Positions 62,906-64,000 of a stretch of 64,000 bases of DNA are shown one piece after another. A program made the translations under genes and the position numbers. Position 1 is the first letter of the stretch. Each line of letters starts with the position of its first letter. Origin of the DNA: Sphagnum compactum (lineage: Eukaryota); assembly GCA_965153455.1 (NCBI GenBank), contig OZ234493.1, positions 5,022,001 to 5,086,000 on the forward strand, given 5' to 3'. A model generated the notes under the pieces. That model did not search any database, was not told the origin of the DNA, and worked only from the letters and a program-made list of their open reading frames with translations.

Positions 62906-64000
62906 GAAGAGAACCACATGTAAATTGGAAACTTCTTGAGAAACTTCTTTAAACTAGGTGCCTAAGGGGTATAAATAAAGATAGAATTCCCCATTACCTT
63001 TAGTTTGTTCAACACCAATTTTGGGTACGTTTTCTTGTCATAGCCTCATTTTATTTTAATTTCTTCCTTGCGATAAAATCTTATTGGATTCTTGTTTCGC
63101 ACTTTTCATGTCCTTGTTCTTGTTTTCTTGTTTCATGGTTTGGATTTGGGAAATTAATCATGCTTCTGTTCTCGTCTTGGTCTAAGAAATCTTGTAATCA
63201 TTTATTATTTTCATGCCCATGACATTTGCAACTAGTGTGACATGTTCAATAGGTACATTAACTTGAATGTTTTCAAGTGCATGTTTAGTGTTGACTTCAA
63301 CTTCATCTTCAAAATCAACCTATGTTGTTTTTGCTTGTGGGTTTTCATCATTTCCATTACCAACTTCATTAAAATATGTATTATTTTCATCAACTTCTAA
63401 ATCAATAATTTGAACTCAATAATAGGTTTTAACTTTATTCGTGGATGGTGACTGGTAAATCTTAATGTTCCAACATTGTGTTAAATTAGATTTTTTTTAA
63501 TCATGTTCATTTTTAGTCATAAAATCTATTCTTAAATTACATAATCCAAAATGTTAATCAATAATATTTTCTCAGAAGCAATGTGTCTACATAGTTTTGA
63601 ATTTGTAATCATTTTGCAACAATTTTACTTCTCATACTGATCGAAAGGAAAGAACAACAAATTATGGAAAAGAACATGATAACCAAAAGAAAAATAAAAT
63701 TAATAACTATCTGTTCTTCATGAAAACTATTAATCAAACAATGAGAAAAAATATTTTGCTTTCTCTACTATGTGCTCCCCGAAACAATAAAAAGAACTCC
63801 TCCAAAGAACTCCAAAGCATCCTCCTATTTCACAATTTTGTTGCCTTAAACTAATTTGAATTCAACCTCAACAATCTTAATCTCACCTATTCTTCCTCCA
63901 CTATTGTGCACTCTATTATTACATAATCTCTTGTGTCCAACTTGTCCCATAATAGACATCACAACACCTATTCATTATCCCCATGCATCCTAATCAATTT

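Overview
Eukaryotic plant nuclear DNA, most consistent with a bryophyte such as Sphagnum (inferred from gene style and repeat families). A gene island at about 5.2-14.9 kb holds three spliced genes: an At4g29420-like F-box/LRR gene (+), a TEX2/Nvj2-like TM-PH-SMP lipid-transfer gene (+, 7 exons, one GC-AG intron) and a pfkB fructokinase (-). A PDF1-like (protodermal factor 1) Ser/Pro-rich cell-wall gene lies at 54.3-55.9 kb. Between them is a ~38 kb block of nested, decayed transposons: two Ty3/gypsy elements, a tRNA-iMet-primed LTR element plus a solo LTR, and several CACTA-terminated elements carrying satellites, tRNA-like motifs and a SWIM zinc-finger gene remnant. The most unusual signal is at about 51.0-52.9 kb (-): an intron-containing, LTR-disrupted remnant of a bacterial-type beta-class DNA amino-methyltransferase (N4mC/N6mA), next to a regularly spaced array of palindromes. 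All calls are by-eye readings; no searches were run.
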